Part shown: positions 24,649 through 38,453 of the stretch, piece after piece
Layout of the letters: every line of letters starts with the position of its first letter
Numbering within the stretch: the stretch's first letter is position 1
Source: Yuukianura sp. NJ FZ-2021
Taxonomy: Eukaryota
Assembly (NCBI GenBank): GCA_046563655.1
Contig: CM102283.1
Span: 3,844,001 to 3,908,000, forward strand
Direction of reading: 5' to 3'
DNA: 64,000 nt
Position numbers and translations under genes: made by a program
The notes under the pieces: model-generated
Databases searched by the model: none
Seen by the model: the letters and a program-made list of their open reading frames with translations, nothing else
Told to the model about the DNA's origin: nothing

Positions 24649-24853
24649 TTCAAAAAAAACACACACTTTTCTTTGCATTTCAAAAATAAATTGAGTAGAG
24701 TACACATGTGGCCAGGCTTTACTGTGACTTTATGTTGTTATTTTCTAATCAATTGTTACAATAATTAACGTTAATCAGGACAGGAATCATTCAACATTTC
24801 TCCGTTTTTAATTACCGATACATCCAGAAGGGTTTCGTTTGAAAGAAAGGAAC

Positions 24854-27800
24854 ATGGGGACAACGTTTTACAATGGAATGGACATGCTCAAGAAGCACTT
24901 GAGTCACAATGAATCTGTCCAGGAACAAGCCATGGAAACAGACGACGAAGTGCTGAATGCCAAACTAAAGCAATGGTAAGGTTTCTGGATTAATCGATTG
25001 ATGGGAGAATGGAGACGAAGAGTATGAAAACGTTTGTTTTTCTGTTACAGCTATGCCGTACAAACGAAAATTGAGCCATTCTTTACCGATGGAAAGGTTG
25101 TGGTAAGTGGACAGTAGCTACTCGCAGTTGTAAATTGATCTACGAAATACGGAAGTTAATTAATTGCAATGTTTATCTACAGGCACTACCACATTCTAGA
25201 TTTGTTTGCAAGTGTGGATCTTCTGTGAAGTTGGTTTCGACAGGAGAAACGGCAGTTGAAGATCAAGATACTGGCGGAAAAGCAGCGTTTGGTGTCATCG
25301 GGACATTCGAGTGTGAACTGGACGAAATCATATCCTTCGATGCTTGTCCAGCTTCCAACACTCTCATCACTTCTCATAAGTCCCAACTTCTAAGAATTTG
25401 GAATCTACAGAGTCAGAGTGTTACAAATACTGTCAAATCTTTACACACCGTTCCAATTAATCACACGGAAATTAACAAGACAGAGTCAGTTTTAGTTTGG
25501 AATCAACAGAACAGTGACAAGATTGTTGATGTTGGAGAACTGGACTATCTGGATGCCAAGCATTTGACTTGGGCCACAGTTGCTGGAAATGCTGTCCAAG
25601 TATGGAACACTTTGGGCAGCCCCGCATCGAAGCAAATCAGATTGGACGATGTACCTTCACTGGGATTTGTCAAGTGGGCGACCACGTCGGATGCTCATCG
25701 TCGTCTTTTTGTGGCTGGACGTGACATTTACTGCATTGAGCAAGATACCTCAAGTAAAAAGTTCAAGTTGACCCAGACGCTGCAAGGTCACTACTCTCAA
25801 GTGACAGGACTGGAATGGACTACCGAACACATGATCAGGTTAGTTAAAAGTGTTAATTATTTTTGACATAGTTTACAACTTTTGCTCAATTTTTTTATTT
25901 TGATAGCTCTGGAAGAGACAAAGTGCTGATAGTCTGGGATACATCGTCTACAACTTTCACCAAACTGAAAACCCTGGCATTTCCTGGAGTAATTGAGTCT
26001 ATGACTCTCCTACGATTACAGCACCTCTTCATTGCTTCATTGGAAGGAGTGATTCGTCACATGAACTTAACCAATTTCTCAATATCTCCCGACAATTCAC
26101 TGGAGGTCAAAGAAGGAAAAGAAACGATTCTGACATTACATGCGCCGATGTTCCAAGGGTTGGAGTCTGAATCTGAACATTTCTTTGCATCTACGCACCT
26201 TTCTACGCTCTATGAACTCGGTCGGGTTAAAACGGAACCACAACTGGAACAATCCCTTCTTTACAGTAGCAAACAGGTACGAAACTTTCTAACAAAATGA
26301 CTTTTTAATTAGTAAACTTAACAAAAATTTGTTATTGCTAGTTTGTCGGAAGTTTGGAAGAAATCCTGGACGTTGTTCTTTGGAAGGACATGCATTTGGC
26401 AGTAGTCAACAATACGGCAGTAATCAAAGTCTACGATTTGGCTACTGGAAATTGTCAGTTTCTGAGGGGTCACACTGACATTGTCCTTTCTTTGGCTGCT
26501 TGTGACACACATTTGGTCTCAGCTTCAAAAGTAAGTTGAATTATTAATTGGATAAGTTGAGTTAATTAAACTAGATGATTTTAACTTTTGTTGCAGGATA
26601 ATCGTCTCATTTTGTGGGAATTTGGATCAGATAAACCTTTGAGAATACTGGAAGGACACCTTGCTTCCGTGACTGCTGTTTGTTTCGGTCGGACATCTAC
26701 GAAAGAACCCAAAGTTTATTCAGTATCAGAAGACAGTTTTTTGAAATGCTGGTCCATGGACAAATGCTTGAAGAGTGCTGTTGCTCATGAAAAGGAAATT
26801 CATGCTGTGGATGCTAGTCCGAAAGGGGACCTTGTAAGTTCCAAATTTTTCTGAATTTTCAAAATTACAAAACAACGATTTTGCATTTTAGGTTGCAACT
26901 GCTTCGAAAGACAGAACTTGCAAGATTTGGGTAGGAGAGACTTTGAAACTTACTGGGACCCTCAAGGGTCACACGAAAAGTGTTTGGGACGTTAAGTTTT
27001 CGTTATGGGATCAATTAGTTATCACAAGTTCAGCTGACACGACACTCAAAGTCTGGAGTCTCACGACATTTGATTGTGTTAAGGTAAAGGCACTATTTAC
27101 TACAATTAACAATGCAAATTACTTTTGAAAATGTTAATCGATTTCGGTTTTTTTTTTCAAATTTTCAGACACTTGACGGTCACGAAAGCTCCGTTTTCAG
27201 GGGGAAGTTCATCAATTCTGGTATTTGGAATCATCAGACATTCCGTTATGATTTTGAAAAATTGATTTTTTGAAATGGTGCTTTGTATTTGATGGTTTCA
27301 GGGATGCAAGCCCTGTCGACTGGATCAGATGGAACTTTAAGGGTTTGGGACCTACGGAATGCAAGGTGCCTGTCCATTATAGAAGATTCAGAAGACAAAG
27401 TGTGGGCCCTTGACTCTACTCCAGAAGGGTCCCTGGTCATAACAGGATCTTCTGGATCAAGATTAACCGTGTGGAAGGACGTTACAGAACAGAAAGTGGA
27501 GGAATCCTACCAGAAGAGGAAAACGTTGCTAGAAACTGAGCAAATGTTACAAAATGTCATCAGAAAAAAAGAGTGGAGTGCTGCTGTCAAATACGCAATC
27601 AAACTCAAGCGTCCTTTTGCTCTACTCAGAGTCATTCGAAGTAAGTTCCACAGTCACAATTTTCAATTTTTTTTTCGAAAACGCTGAATTTTGATTTGGT
27701 TTTTTAGGTATTCCAGAAGAGGAACTCGTGTTGCTGGAGGATATAGTTGCTGATTTGAATGCTGATGACCAGAAAACTGTTGGGGAGTACATTGAAAAGT

Positions 27801-28018
27801 GGAACACCAACACGAAGACGTCAACTGAAGCTCAGCTGCTGCTCAATCTTCTGCTCACTACAAAGTTACCTTCGGAACTGAAATCGCTGAATGTTTCTGC
27901 ACTGCTGCCCTACTCTGAGAAACACTTCACAAGACTACTCAAACTGCAACAAGACGTTTGTCTTATCAAACACATCGCATCAGAAGAGAGGCTCTTCAAT
28001 GTCATGAGGCCTGCTTAA
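24854..28018 (+). CDS. TBL3: Transducin beta-like 3 / UTP13 WD40 protein
   Basis: YAVQTKIEPFFTDGKV N-terminus, several GH..WD repeats, and a Utp13-like C-terminus (KWNTNTKTSTEAQ..ALLPYSEKHFTRL). The start ATG is ambiguous among several in-frame ATGs. Confidence 0.9.
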
Positions 28019-28222
28019 ATCCGAACGACTAATTAATTAGTTTTAACTAAATAATTAAAATTATTTTCAACTTGAAAAGGAAATGGATGTATTTTTTCGT
28101 AATTAAACCTTGAATTACTCAAATCCAGAGTGTGGACTCGAGATTAACTTATATTTGATTCGTAAGATTGCTTTGGGTAATTGATAATTTACGAATTAAT
28201 GTTAGTACTTGGGAATACTCTG

Positions 28223-29548
28223 TTAGTGAGACTCTCCTTGCTTTCCTGCAATTCGTTTGAAGTCTTGCATGTTAGTGGTGGATACTGGAGCTCCAATTAG
28301 AGTGAGTGAGTCGATGTTGGTCACATCTGACCCACTCTGATTCTCAGACACGAACAGTTGCAAGTTGTTGACAGATTGGAATTTGACGTAGCGGAGTTCC
28401 ACTGGCTTTTCCCCACTCAGATCCTCTTCAGTCAAGCTAAAAAAAAGCGACAAGAAAATCAGTCACTAAATTAAAAAGAGGAAGTTTTGTTAAGTATAAG
28501 TGGGAATGTATCAACGAGCTTTCTCAGTAATCAATTGATTGATTGCAGAGTTAGATATTCGGTGAAGTTAGTTTAGCGGTTTAGTGCATGACAAAGGACA
28601 TGGAATGTCCCGAGTCAGAATAAGGCCGCAGGTTAGTGATGAGGCGATTCCTCATCGCTTAATGAATTTCAGTACCAGTATACTTGCTTACGTAATTTCT
28701 TGGGTTGGAGTCATTCCAGCAGCAGCGTCAAAGTCCAAAGTCTTTGGGTGGTTGATGAACAGTTTAATTTGCTTCGGTCCTGTATCGCTATCTGCCTTGA
28801 TTTTCAGGGATTGCAACTATTACAGAAACAAAATTATACAAATTGAGTTAGAGTATTCAAATATTTCATTATGAAAGCATGAATTAAGAATTACCTTAAT
28901 GTTCTGGTTAAACCCGTACACAAGAATAAGTTGCTCATCACAATCTGAACTTAGTTTGGACTTTCCTTCCAAGAAGCTTTTGAATGGAGTGGAGTCTGAT
29001 TCGTTGAGGCATTCACAACTTTTGTGTTCAATGTAAGAGGCGAGGTCAGAGAGGCCACTTCCTTCACCAGATTCATCACCATCATAATGCTTCTTCACCA
29101 TCGCTTCTAAGCCGATTGGATCAGCACCCTATACGAAACGTTGAAACCAAAATTAGTAACATAATATAACAAAGTTAATGAGAAAGTACTTACTCGAGTG
29201 CTGTCAATCTTCGTTCCGTTGCGGTATAAAATAAACGTTGGAAGAGAACTGACTTGCTGCATTGTCGCAGTTTCAGTGCAGCGTTCCACGTCCACCTAGG
29301 AGAACACATTTTAGCCAATTTCCAACATTCATCAAAAAATGAATTAACGATAAATGACATAACGATAAAGTTACCCCAAGGAACAGTGCATTAGGATACT
29401 TTCTTGCCAGTTGTGAAAAAAACGGGGCAATCTTTTGACAAGGCCCACACCAATTGGCGTTGTAGTCGACCACCACCAATTTCGATCCAGCAGAGGCCAT
29501 TACTGTAACGAACTCGTCGTCATCTTGAATGTTCTTGTGATTTGCCAT
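28223..29548 (-). CDS. TXNL1: Thioredoxin-like protein 1 (Trx + PITH)
   Basis: WCGPC active site, CECLNESD..SDCDEQL, PVELRYVKFQSV, TNMQDFKRIAGKQGESH*. Confidence 0.95.
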
Positions 29549-30212
29549 CTCGAGCAGCACTGATTATTTAACCTGAAGAATCATACAAAAGTTATACATA
29601 TATAAGAGAAGACCAATGCACGATTACGTACGGTTACTTTCCCATTCCCCCGTTGTCAAATTACTCACCCAAATCGATGGCGGTAATGCAATAGTCCTTC
29701 TTTTAGGTACTCTTCCGACGATTTTGTAGGGAATTGATAGACAATCTAATTAAGTAGATACTCAATTAACAGTTATTTACTAAATCAACCAAAACGGTAC
29801 CCACAGCACAGCTGAACCTGATTCCGAGGAAACGACACGGCCAATACGGCATACGGCATGTGAAACTACTGCTGTTCAAAATTTCAAAAAAAAAAGATCG
29901 CGCAAAAAAAAAATCCCATAATAAGTAAGGGAGATTTTTTGCGAGCGATCTTTTTTTTATTTTTTTAATTTTTTTTACTCTCGCTTTTCATCTCAGAAAT
30001 ACATGTAACGTAACTTAACTATGTATTACTATTATTATTCGTATTTTTTAAAACTTTTTGAACTATAAGATAATCTTATAACTATTTGTAATTAGTCGGT
30101 TAATTGAGTTGTCACTTTTCATCAGTTTCCAGATCACATCCAATCGTTTCTTTGTTGTTCAGAAGAAATCGTGTACTACAAATGCTGGATCAGCTCGTTG
30201 TTGGGTTTCAAA

Positions 30213-31163
30213 ATGGCTAACAATATGGACGTTGCTTCGTCGATTTTAACGAGAGCAGTGACCTATGACACTGCTGACCGCTACACGGAGGCGTTAGTTT
30301 GCTACCAAGAAGGGATACAAATTATGCTCCAAAACATGAAGGCACTCTCCAACAATGAAGGTCAACAAAAGTTGCTGGCCTTGAGGGCGAAGGTAGAAGG
30401 TACAAAGTTTACTTTTTAGTCAATTATTAACCGATTCCAACTAACGATGTTTCAATTATGTTGTCTCAGAGTACATGGGTCGAGCTGAGAGGATCAAAAC
30501 GCATATCGAGCAGCTCAAGAACGAAGGAAAGTATAAAGAACAAATGAAAATAGAGGAGGACTCAGTTCGCCATTCCTACGCCAGTATTTTCGCAAGGTTC
30601 CTGGACAGTGCAGTTAGAAATATTGAAGTAGAAGATCCCTACATTCGACTACCACACCAAGTAATCCTGTAACATCAATTAATCTACAGATTCAGTGTTT
30701 AGTCTTAATTGTCTACTTTTTATAACTCTAGTGTGAAAACTTTCTGCGATTTGTGGAGTTGTGTATAAAAAGCTGTCCGAATCTGAAGAGGATTACGCTG
30801 AAGACTGGTTCGGATCCGAAACTTCATGAGGAACAGTCTCGTCGCTTAGCGACAATCAAAAACTCCGTCCGAACTTTCGATGCCAGAAATGTCGACCTCC
30901 AAATTCACTATTCAGATTCAATTCATGACAGAGAAATCAGGTAAATTATAACAAATCATTTTATAATTTTTGAAAAGTGCTGACTAAATGCTTTGTGAAT
31001 TCAAAGGCTAGATAATGGCTGGGTGATCAAAATCGGAAGAGGACTGGATTACTTCAAACCGGTTGATCGACTGACGATTGGTTCCTGTGACTTTGATCTG
31101 CGACCATGCAAGGAAACTACTGTCGATATTTTCCATCGGAAGGAACTCAAACGCTGTTTCTAA
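30213..31163 (+). CDS. MITD1: MIT domain-containing protein 1
   Basis: MIT domain ([18 protein letters not shown]), [45 protein letters not shown]. Confidence 0.95.
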
Positions 31164-31718
31164 CAAGTCCGGATCTTGTTCATGCCCCAAGCCCAAGTTC
31201 CTGGATACTCGTCTATTATGTTTTGATAAGTCCATTATTTTCGTGATTACTAATTAACTTTACGACTGAAACCTGTTTCTCGTTATATGTAATCTTAGAA
31301 GGTCCTTGTACTATTTAGTGTAAAATTATGCTTTTTAAGTTTTAATTGGTATTTATATGAAATAAATGATGACATGACCTTATTCTGCAACAGAAATTGA
31401 TTTATTGGTTAATTTGATTAATAAAATTAAACCCGTCTGGACCAATAGTCGCGAGTTGTAGATTTGTGGATGGGGCATTATGAGAAACGGCGAACGCCAA
31501 TTTCGCGAAAACAGGAAATGGAGGGAAAAGTAAAAATTCAAATGAAAAATACAATTCGAAAAAGGCGTGCAGGTTTTGTCCTTTCCTTATGAAAAGCCGG
31601 TGTCACTAGGAATTTGGATTTAACAATTAATCTAAGAAACACATTTCCCTAATTCAGTTAACTAATTAATTCGGAACTTTTACTAATTGTTGTACTTATA
31701 GAAGTAGAATATCTCACA

Positions 31719-33488
31719 ATGACTCAAGTGGAGGCTGTTACAGACGTAGTCGACAAGAAAACGGAAGAAGTTGAAAATGGAAACGCAGTTCAAACGTTGG
31801 AAGATCAGGTTATGAAACAAGTAGAGGTAAGGGTCAAGGATCATCAATAAAAATGCTACTGGATAACGACTTAGGTTCGATTATTGTGCTGTTTTTGCTG
31901 TTTCAGTTTTACTTTGGAGATGCCAACTTGCCACACGACAGATTCATCAAACTGGAGTCTGCAAATAATGGCGGATGGTTTCCACTGAATCTGATGTTGA
32001 AGTTTAATAAGCTTATGGGCATGCTTAGCAGGTGAGATAAGCTCATGTGACATTCACAGTACTGTCTATGAAGTGGAGAAATCGAATCTAAAACGTTTGT
32101 TTTTGTAGTGTCCCGGAAGGCGAGAGGCTGCAGAAGATAGTTCAAGCCCTTCAAGGGTCGGTGCTCGTAGAAGTAAACGAAGACAGTACGAAGATCCGTC
32201 GAAATCCAGACATGCCTCTTCCAGAAGGAAACGCAGAGGCGAAGACAGTTTACCTGAAAGGTTTCCACAAAACTGAAACCAAAATAGAAGACCTTATTCG
32301 TAAGGATCTCGTTATACTTATTGCTATTGTAAAAATTTAATGATTGCAATAACCCCATGATAAATCATTGATTTCATTCAGAACACTTCAACAAGTATCC
32401 CGGAATGGAGCGAGTGATTATGAGGTTCTACAAGGAAAAGTGTCTCGTGCTGCCTCCAAAACCAGCAGCGCCCGTAGCAGTTCCAGCACCAACTGAAGAA
32501 AAGAAAGACGCTGAGAAAACTTCTGAAGCGAACGAGGATAAACCGGCATCTGAAGCTGCTGCATCTACTGATGCTGCGAAGCCTGTTGAAGTCCCGAAAC
32601 CAGCAGCACCTACTAAATTCAGCGACAATATTGTCTGGGTTAAGAAATTCAAGGGCTCCATCCTGGTTGTCTTCAAAACGGAAGAGCAGGCCAAACACGC
32701 TTTGGACGACATCACAACCTACGCTGGAAATCCAGTAAGTTAAGTTTTGTCATTTTTCAAAGTTCTACTTTTATTTTACTCAACTTAAACTTTGGTTTTG
32801 GATTTCTGATTGTGATTTTGTGTAGCTGATGAAAATGATGCAGCCTGACTACACTTTGATGAAGAAGAAAGAGTACGAAGAAAGACAGCAACTCCGGAAT
32901 TCCAAGAAACGGAAAGGTGATGGACCAGACGGAACTTCTCCAAAGAAGACAAAAGAAGATGGAAAAGAAGAAGAGGAGGCTGAGGAGGAAGAGGAAGAGC
33001 GACTGAAGGGCATCTTGGTCAAACTATCCGAAATTCCTGACGGAGTCACTCGTGAAACCATCAAAGAAAGTTGGTACAAGGTCACTGGAGACAAAGACAA
33101 GTTTGAGGTCAGCACATTCATCACACCTTAACTTTTCAAAAATATTTCTAGAAATGTACAATTTTTTAAGATTTTGGATTTTGGTTTTGGTTAGGTGACT
33201 TTTATTGACTTTCAACGCGGAGACAAGGAGGGTGTGATGCGATTGGCTAACGAGGGTGCTGCTACAGAGGCTTTGGCTTTGGAAGGTCTTGCTGAAGGAA
33301 CGCTGAAGCTGAGTGACGATTCTTCTCTGAAAGTCTCTGCATTTCCGGACGAAGATGCTGAGAAAACTTACATTATCAAGATGGACAAAGACAGAGAAAC
33401 CTATACGAAGAATCGCGGTGGACGTGGTGGTGGACGAGGGCGTGGACGAGGACGGGGTCGTGGACGAGGAGGCAGAGGACGTCGCTAA
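31719..33488 (+). CDS. La: La protein (SSB) homolog
   Basis: La motif KQVE|FYFGDANLPHDRF..MLKFNKL, RRM1 TVYLKGF..FKGSILVVF, RRM2 FIDFQRGDKEG, C-terminal RG repeat. Confidence 0.92.
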
Positions 33489-33713
33489 AGTATATTTTTT
33501 TTGTCCAGAGAAGTTTTCCGTCAGTTTTTTTCAGTTTCTTTTCATAATATTCTTGTTTAGAAAAGCCGCCTTTTCAAGGTCTGGCGTTTAGTACAGTGTC
33601 CTCTAAAAAATTGTATTTCACATTTTCAGTTTATTCTTTATTATATTAAAATTCTATAAGCAATTATTATATATATATTATGTTATAGTTTTGTTCTTCC
33701 GGTATTTGGAACC

Positions 33714-36233
33714 TCAGAGTCTCGTAAGTTCTCCTTCACCAGTGCGAGGATCGTACCAAATCAGTTCGTCAGTTCCTTCATGAAATGAAAGTGTCCGTCC
33801 GTCCGTATCGTTTCTACGAGGTCTAGCAATTCCTTTGTTTCTTCTCCAGCAGTACATCAACAATGCTGCGGCAATCGTGACACAGCCGATTGTGACCAGG
33901 GCCGTCCCAGCTATGACCAGAAGCTGTCCAACTGCCCAGTGATGACCAGAATGGCCACTGTCAACGTCCAGTTTAGAAGGAGAAATGGCCACGTACTCCC
34001 GAATTCTCGAATTTTCATGGGAGAAGTCAAATTCCTGTTGGAACTGCGTCTGCGCCGTGTCTGGAAGGGGTGACGTCTCTGCTAGAACATTGACCTTGGA
34101 TGTGACCGCGACCGTTGGACCGTTGTCCACCGTGACAGCAGTGACAGGAGGCTCTTCATGGAAGATGACAGATTCCTCTTCACTGATTGGCTGAGATGGG
34201 ACGGTGACAATGTCAGACTCTGGTTCTAGCTGAAGTATCGAAGAGTAATCTGTGCTGCTGACATCATTTGTACTGGATACTGGCGATACTGCCTGTCCAG
34301 TGTTGGATGTTTCGGTGGAAGTCAGCTGATCTTTGGATACTTCGGGAGGAGCAGTTGACATTTGGTCATGAGTTTCTGCTGTCACCGTGGAATCGTCATG
34401 AGTGAGAATTTGTGGCAACTGGATTTCAATTTCGTCTGACACGCTTGATAAAGTTGTTTCTGTTGTCGGTGCGTCCAGAACTTCGGGTGCGGAAGTTGTA
34501 GTTGCCATTTTTGTGTTGGGCGGAATTGTCTGCTTCGGAATTCCAACCTGCTGGACTTCATTTGTCATTTGTGTCGTGGTCGTTGATTGGTCAGTTTCGT
34601 TGTCCAGAACAGGCTGTTCTGGAATTAGGACGGACAAAGTTGTTTCGACTGTCCTCAACGTTGTGGAAGTTGAGGAAATTGTGGGTGTTGTGATCTGTGC
34701 GATGGTAGATTCTGTCGCTACTTCTGCAACGTCGCTTTTAGCTTGAGTTGTTGGTGGAGTTGGAGCTGGAGTGGATGTCGCTTCTACCGACTGAACCACA
34801 CTGTCAGTCGTAGTCTCTTGTTCTAAATTATTTTGAACTTCAACTTCTGAAATTTCAATAGTTGTTGTAATTGGTTCAGGCGTTGGTGTTGCAATGTCGA
34901 TTGGCGGCATTTCTGGTTGAACCGTCGTAGGCTGCTCAATCGCTGGAGGGCGAGTAGGTGGAAGCGTCGTGGTTGTCGGCGGTTCAAATACAACTGGCGG
35001 AATTTCTAGAAAAAAAAAGTAAAGTTTTGAAAAATTCCAACCCGGAAACACTTATTAATTGTGATTGGCTACCGGAGCAGTATGGAGCGGTGCCATTCCA
35101 CTGCTGGCCGTCGCACATGAGAACTCGTTCTCCTTCCACTTTGTAACCATAGTTACATGTAAAAATTCCTACGGCGCCTCCATACAACATTCGCAGAGTA
35201 CCGTGAATCGGAATCGTCAATTTCCGACACCCGTCGCCTGGAAATTTAAAAAAGAACAAAAAGAAACGAAGTTTTTCAAATCGTGTTTCAAAATTTTACA
35301 CTAAAAGTGAAGAAATTGTTGACGCCACGTGAAAAATTAAAAGTTTGTTAGAAGAAAATCATGGACTTAAAATTTCTTGACGATTTGTATTGGCCTGGGT
35401 TCAAAAAATTACATTGTGTGAGATAGGGAATAAGATAGGAAAAATTCATGGGAGAAAACTCTCACTCTCCGAGAGAGTTTCCATATCTCAGGTAAATAAA
35501 ATTTCAAGTGGCGTCTCACTCAAACAAAAAATCTCAAAAAATTTTATTTTCTCAATCTGAAATTTTTAAAATTCGGTGTTCCTCAAAATTTTGATTTTTC
35601 TTCTTACGAACGCAAAGTGGTGGAGGATCGCTCCATTTTCCCTGGACGCAAACCGCCACAGAGGCTCCCAGCATACTAAAAATTGTTTTAAAAAAATTAG
35701 AATTTTGAACATGAATTTCAAAATTTTGGAAATTTTAATACTTTATTTTTAAAATTGTCTTACTGGAATCCATATGAGCACTGGAATCTGGCCAGTGTGC
35801 CTCTGTCTCTGATTCTCGTAGCTCCATTCAAGACGCGAATTCGCTTGTCGCAGCCACGCCCCCTGAAATTGTTCGGTACAAAACCGACATCCGGTCCGGT
35901 ATTGATGACCGGTCGTGTGTCCAATCTCGGAATCGGTTGACCCACGACGGAATCCCAGTCACTGTCGCCAGTCGCCACTACTGGGTTGTGGAAAGTGTCG
36001 TCAATCGGCATCACAGGCACTTGCGCAGACTGTGCAGATCGACTCCACGCAGACGCAGGACCAGCTCTTTGGTTCACTCCAGGAGTTCCGAAATTAAACG
36101 TCTGAAAGGCATTGGCATCTAACCGTCCAGCACTTCGTCGATCACCAACAACGCGTGGCTGGAGCTGTGACCTTTGACCTTGACTCAGCCCCAAGGTCAC
36201 CAACAACCAAAATGGCACAATTGAAGCAAACAT
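33714..36233 (-). CDS. Type I membrane protein with two Sushi/CCP domains and a mucin-like stalk
   Basis: Signal peptide, two CCP modules (C..NG..FQCSYGF..C..GKWSDPPPLC; C..HG..FTCNYGY..CDGQQWNGTAPYC), T/S/P-rich stalk, TM helix and short cytoplasmic tail. Confidence 0.85.
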
Positions 36234-37534
36234 TATTCTCTAAATACTAAATATTAAAATTATTCTTAAAAAGAGTTTTTCAACCAAGTTCCAAAAAAAT
36301 TCAAAATTTGAGTCTTCCACTATAACAGACTCAAAAAAAAATGTTGGTAGTAGTTTCTTGAACTTTGTGCAGTGGAAGATTTTGTGTAAGTTTGCGGAGA
36401 GGAAATTGGTCGTGGACTGTGTCACGTCCTTTGAAAACTCTGTTTTTTCCACAGATTTTGAAGCGGAAGTGCCTAGAATTCTGAAATCAGTAAAACTTTC
36501 AGTTCAAAAGCATAATCCATTTCTACCAGCTTTTTAAGGGGGCTATATTTTGGATTTATCTTTTTCTCAACAAGTTTCCGGACACTTTCTATCTTCATTT
36601 TCTCCTTCATCATCAGTCACATCCCTTAGTTTTTTCTTAAGAAGCGACGTAAACACAACTTACATCCAGTGATAGCCACTCCAAATACCGTAAAGTTCCA
36701 AATAATGTTCAAACTCAAAAGTTCAAATTTCAATGCAAATTCTGAATTTCAAAAGAGTGAGTCTGAATTTGTGATTTTTGGTTTTGCAGATTCGATGTTT
36801 TTGTTGATGCTTATACACGCAAATTTTATTTGGAAAATTACGGTACTGTGAAGCGTGACTCAAAACGTTGGATGTTAGACAATGGGATTTCCGACCAACG
36901 CTCAAAGCATCTTCCTTCTGAACGTAATGAATCCAAGGTTTGTTTGACTTTGATTTTCTTCAACAGGTTGGGTAATACCTTATATTTTTTTTTGATTTTT
37001 TTTTAAAAAAAAAGTAACTTTTCATTGTCATAGTTCATAGTCATAACAAATACAGCCGAATTTTTTAAATTTGACTTATAAATTGGTACGAGTTGTTGGA
37101 TTGGTGCTAAAATTGGTACCAATTTCTGTTTTTTTTTTTCGTTTTTTTTTACAAGAAGCGAGGTAGTACCCAGCCTGTTAAAGAAAATTCGGTTTGCCTT
37201 GTCAAGGAACCTTGTAATGAATTTATGTTCTATTTTTGAAAAGTGATGATTAGTTAAGTGCCTGAGGAGAGATGCGCATGCGCAGAAGCAACTTGGACTG
37301 TTAACGGAGTGCCAAAATGTGAAGCAGCACTTTGACAGAATGCATAATCCAAACTAATTTGTAAAAATAACGGATCTCCATGGCCTAACTTCCAAACGGA
37401 ATCAAGCACATCGATTCCATTAGAAGACCTACTCGTAAAAAATAAAATTTGGAGTGAAATTTTGAGTAAAATTTGAAAATGGGTGATCCTGGGTAACTTT
37501 TACGGCAGAATTTCAAAGACTAAGTTTGTGCAAA

Positions 37535-38453
37535 ATGTTGGATCCGTTTTGGATTGAAGATGAGCCCTTCAAGGACCCTGGGACTTCCTTTGTTTTGATT
37601 TTGTCACTTTGGGTTAAAAGTGGTGACAGTTTTTTTACGAGTGCTGGAGTGTCACCGACGTTCAAGGCTTTCATGCCACTCACGCCATTCGAAACTATGC
37701 TCCTTGGCATGGTACTATTTCAGGTAAAATTTGGAAATTTCAAAACAAAATTTTTAAAAACTGCATTTTTTTAAATTTTCACTTTCTTAGATTTTTATAC
37801 TTCAGTTATATGGCATCGTTCCCTTTGACCTCAACAAAATTCTGCACGGAGACTACAGTGGAATGGGATTCACAAAAACTGCTAGAAGGAAAAGAACTGT
37901 GCCAAATAATCAAACGATTTCAGAAATTTCAGAAGTCGACGATCGACAAATATTGGCCTTGGCAGAAAAAATTTTAGCAGTGAGTTCAGAATTGTCAAAA
38001 TTTTGAAAATCTTACACTTTTTCAATTTTTGATTTTTAGTTGATTTTGCTAACTGATCACTACGACTGTGTCCCACGAACGCTCTGCGAAGTTCGTCAGC
38101 AGTCCCTGGCTAACTACAAGCCTCCAGCTCTCTTTGTTGCACTTTTTCAAACATTCAAATTGTAACTTCAAAATTCAAAATTTTCACAAAATCCAAACTC
38201 AGCAACTTCAAAATTCTAAAAACTGAAATTCTATGCATATTTTGTTAGTTTTGTAGAAGAACGGCAGAAAAACGGCGTTTTTGACCTGGGGTCAATCAGC
38301 AAGCCGTTTGAAGAAGCCTTTGAAATTGGACTTGAATCTTTTCATGCCGGGGTCAACTCTACTCTCTGCGAGGTCAAATACTCCAGTTGCCCTTTGACCT
38401 CTCGTGACCTCTTCACTTACATCTCTCACATCACTCTACACGACTTTACATAA
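37535..38453 (+). CDS. Uncharacterized membrane/secreted Cys-motif protein (DM4/DM12-like), paralog A
   Basis: Hand-spliced: LTPFETMLLGMVLFQ|IFILQLYGIVP..RRKR..|DCVPRTLCEV..|FEEAFEIG..CEVKYSSCPLT. The start is uncertain. Confidence 0.7.
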
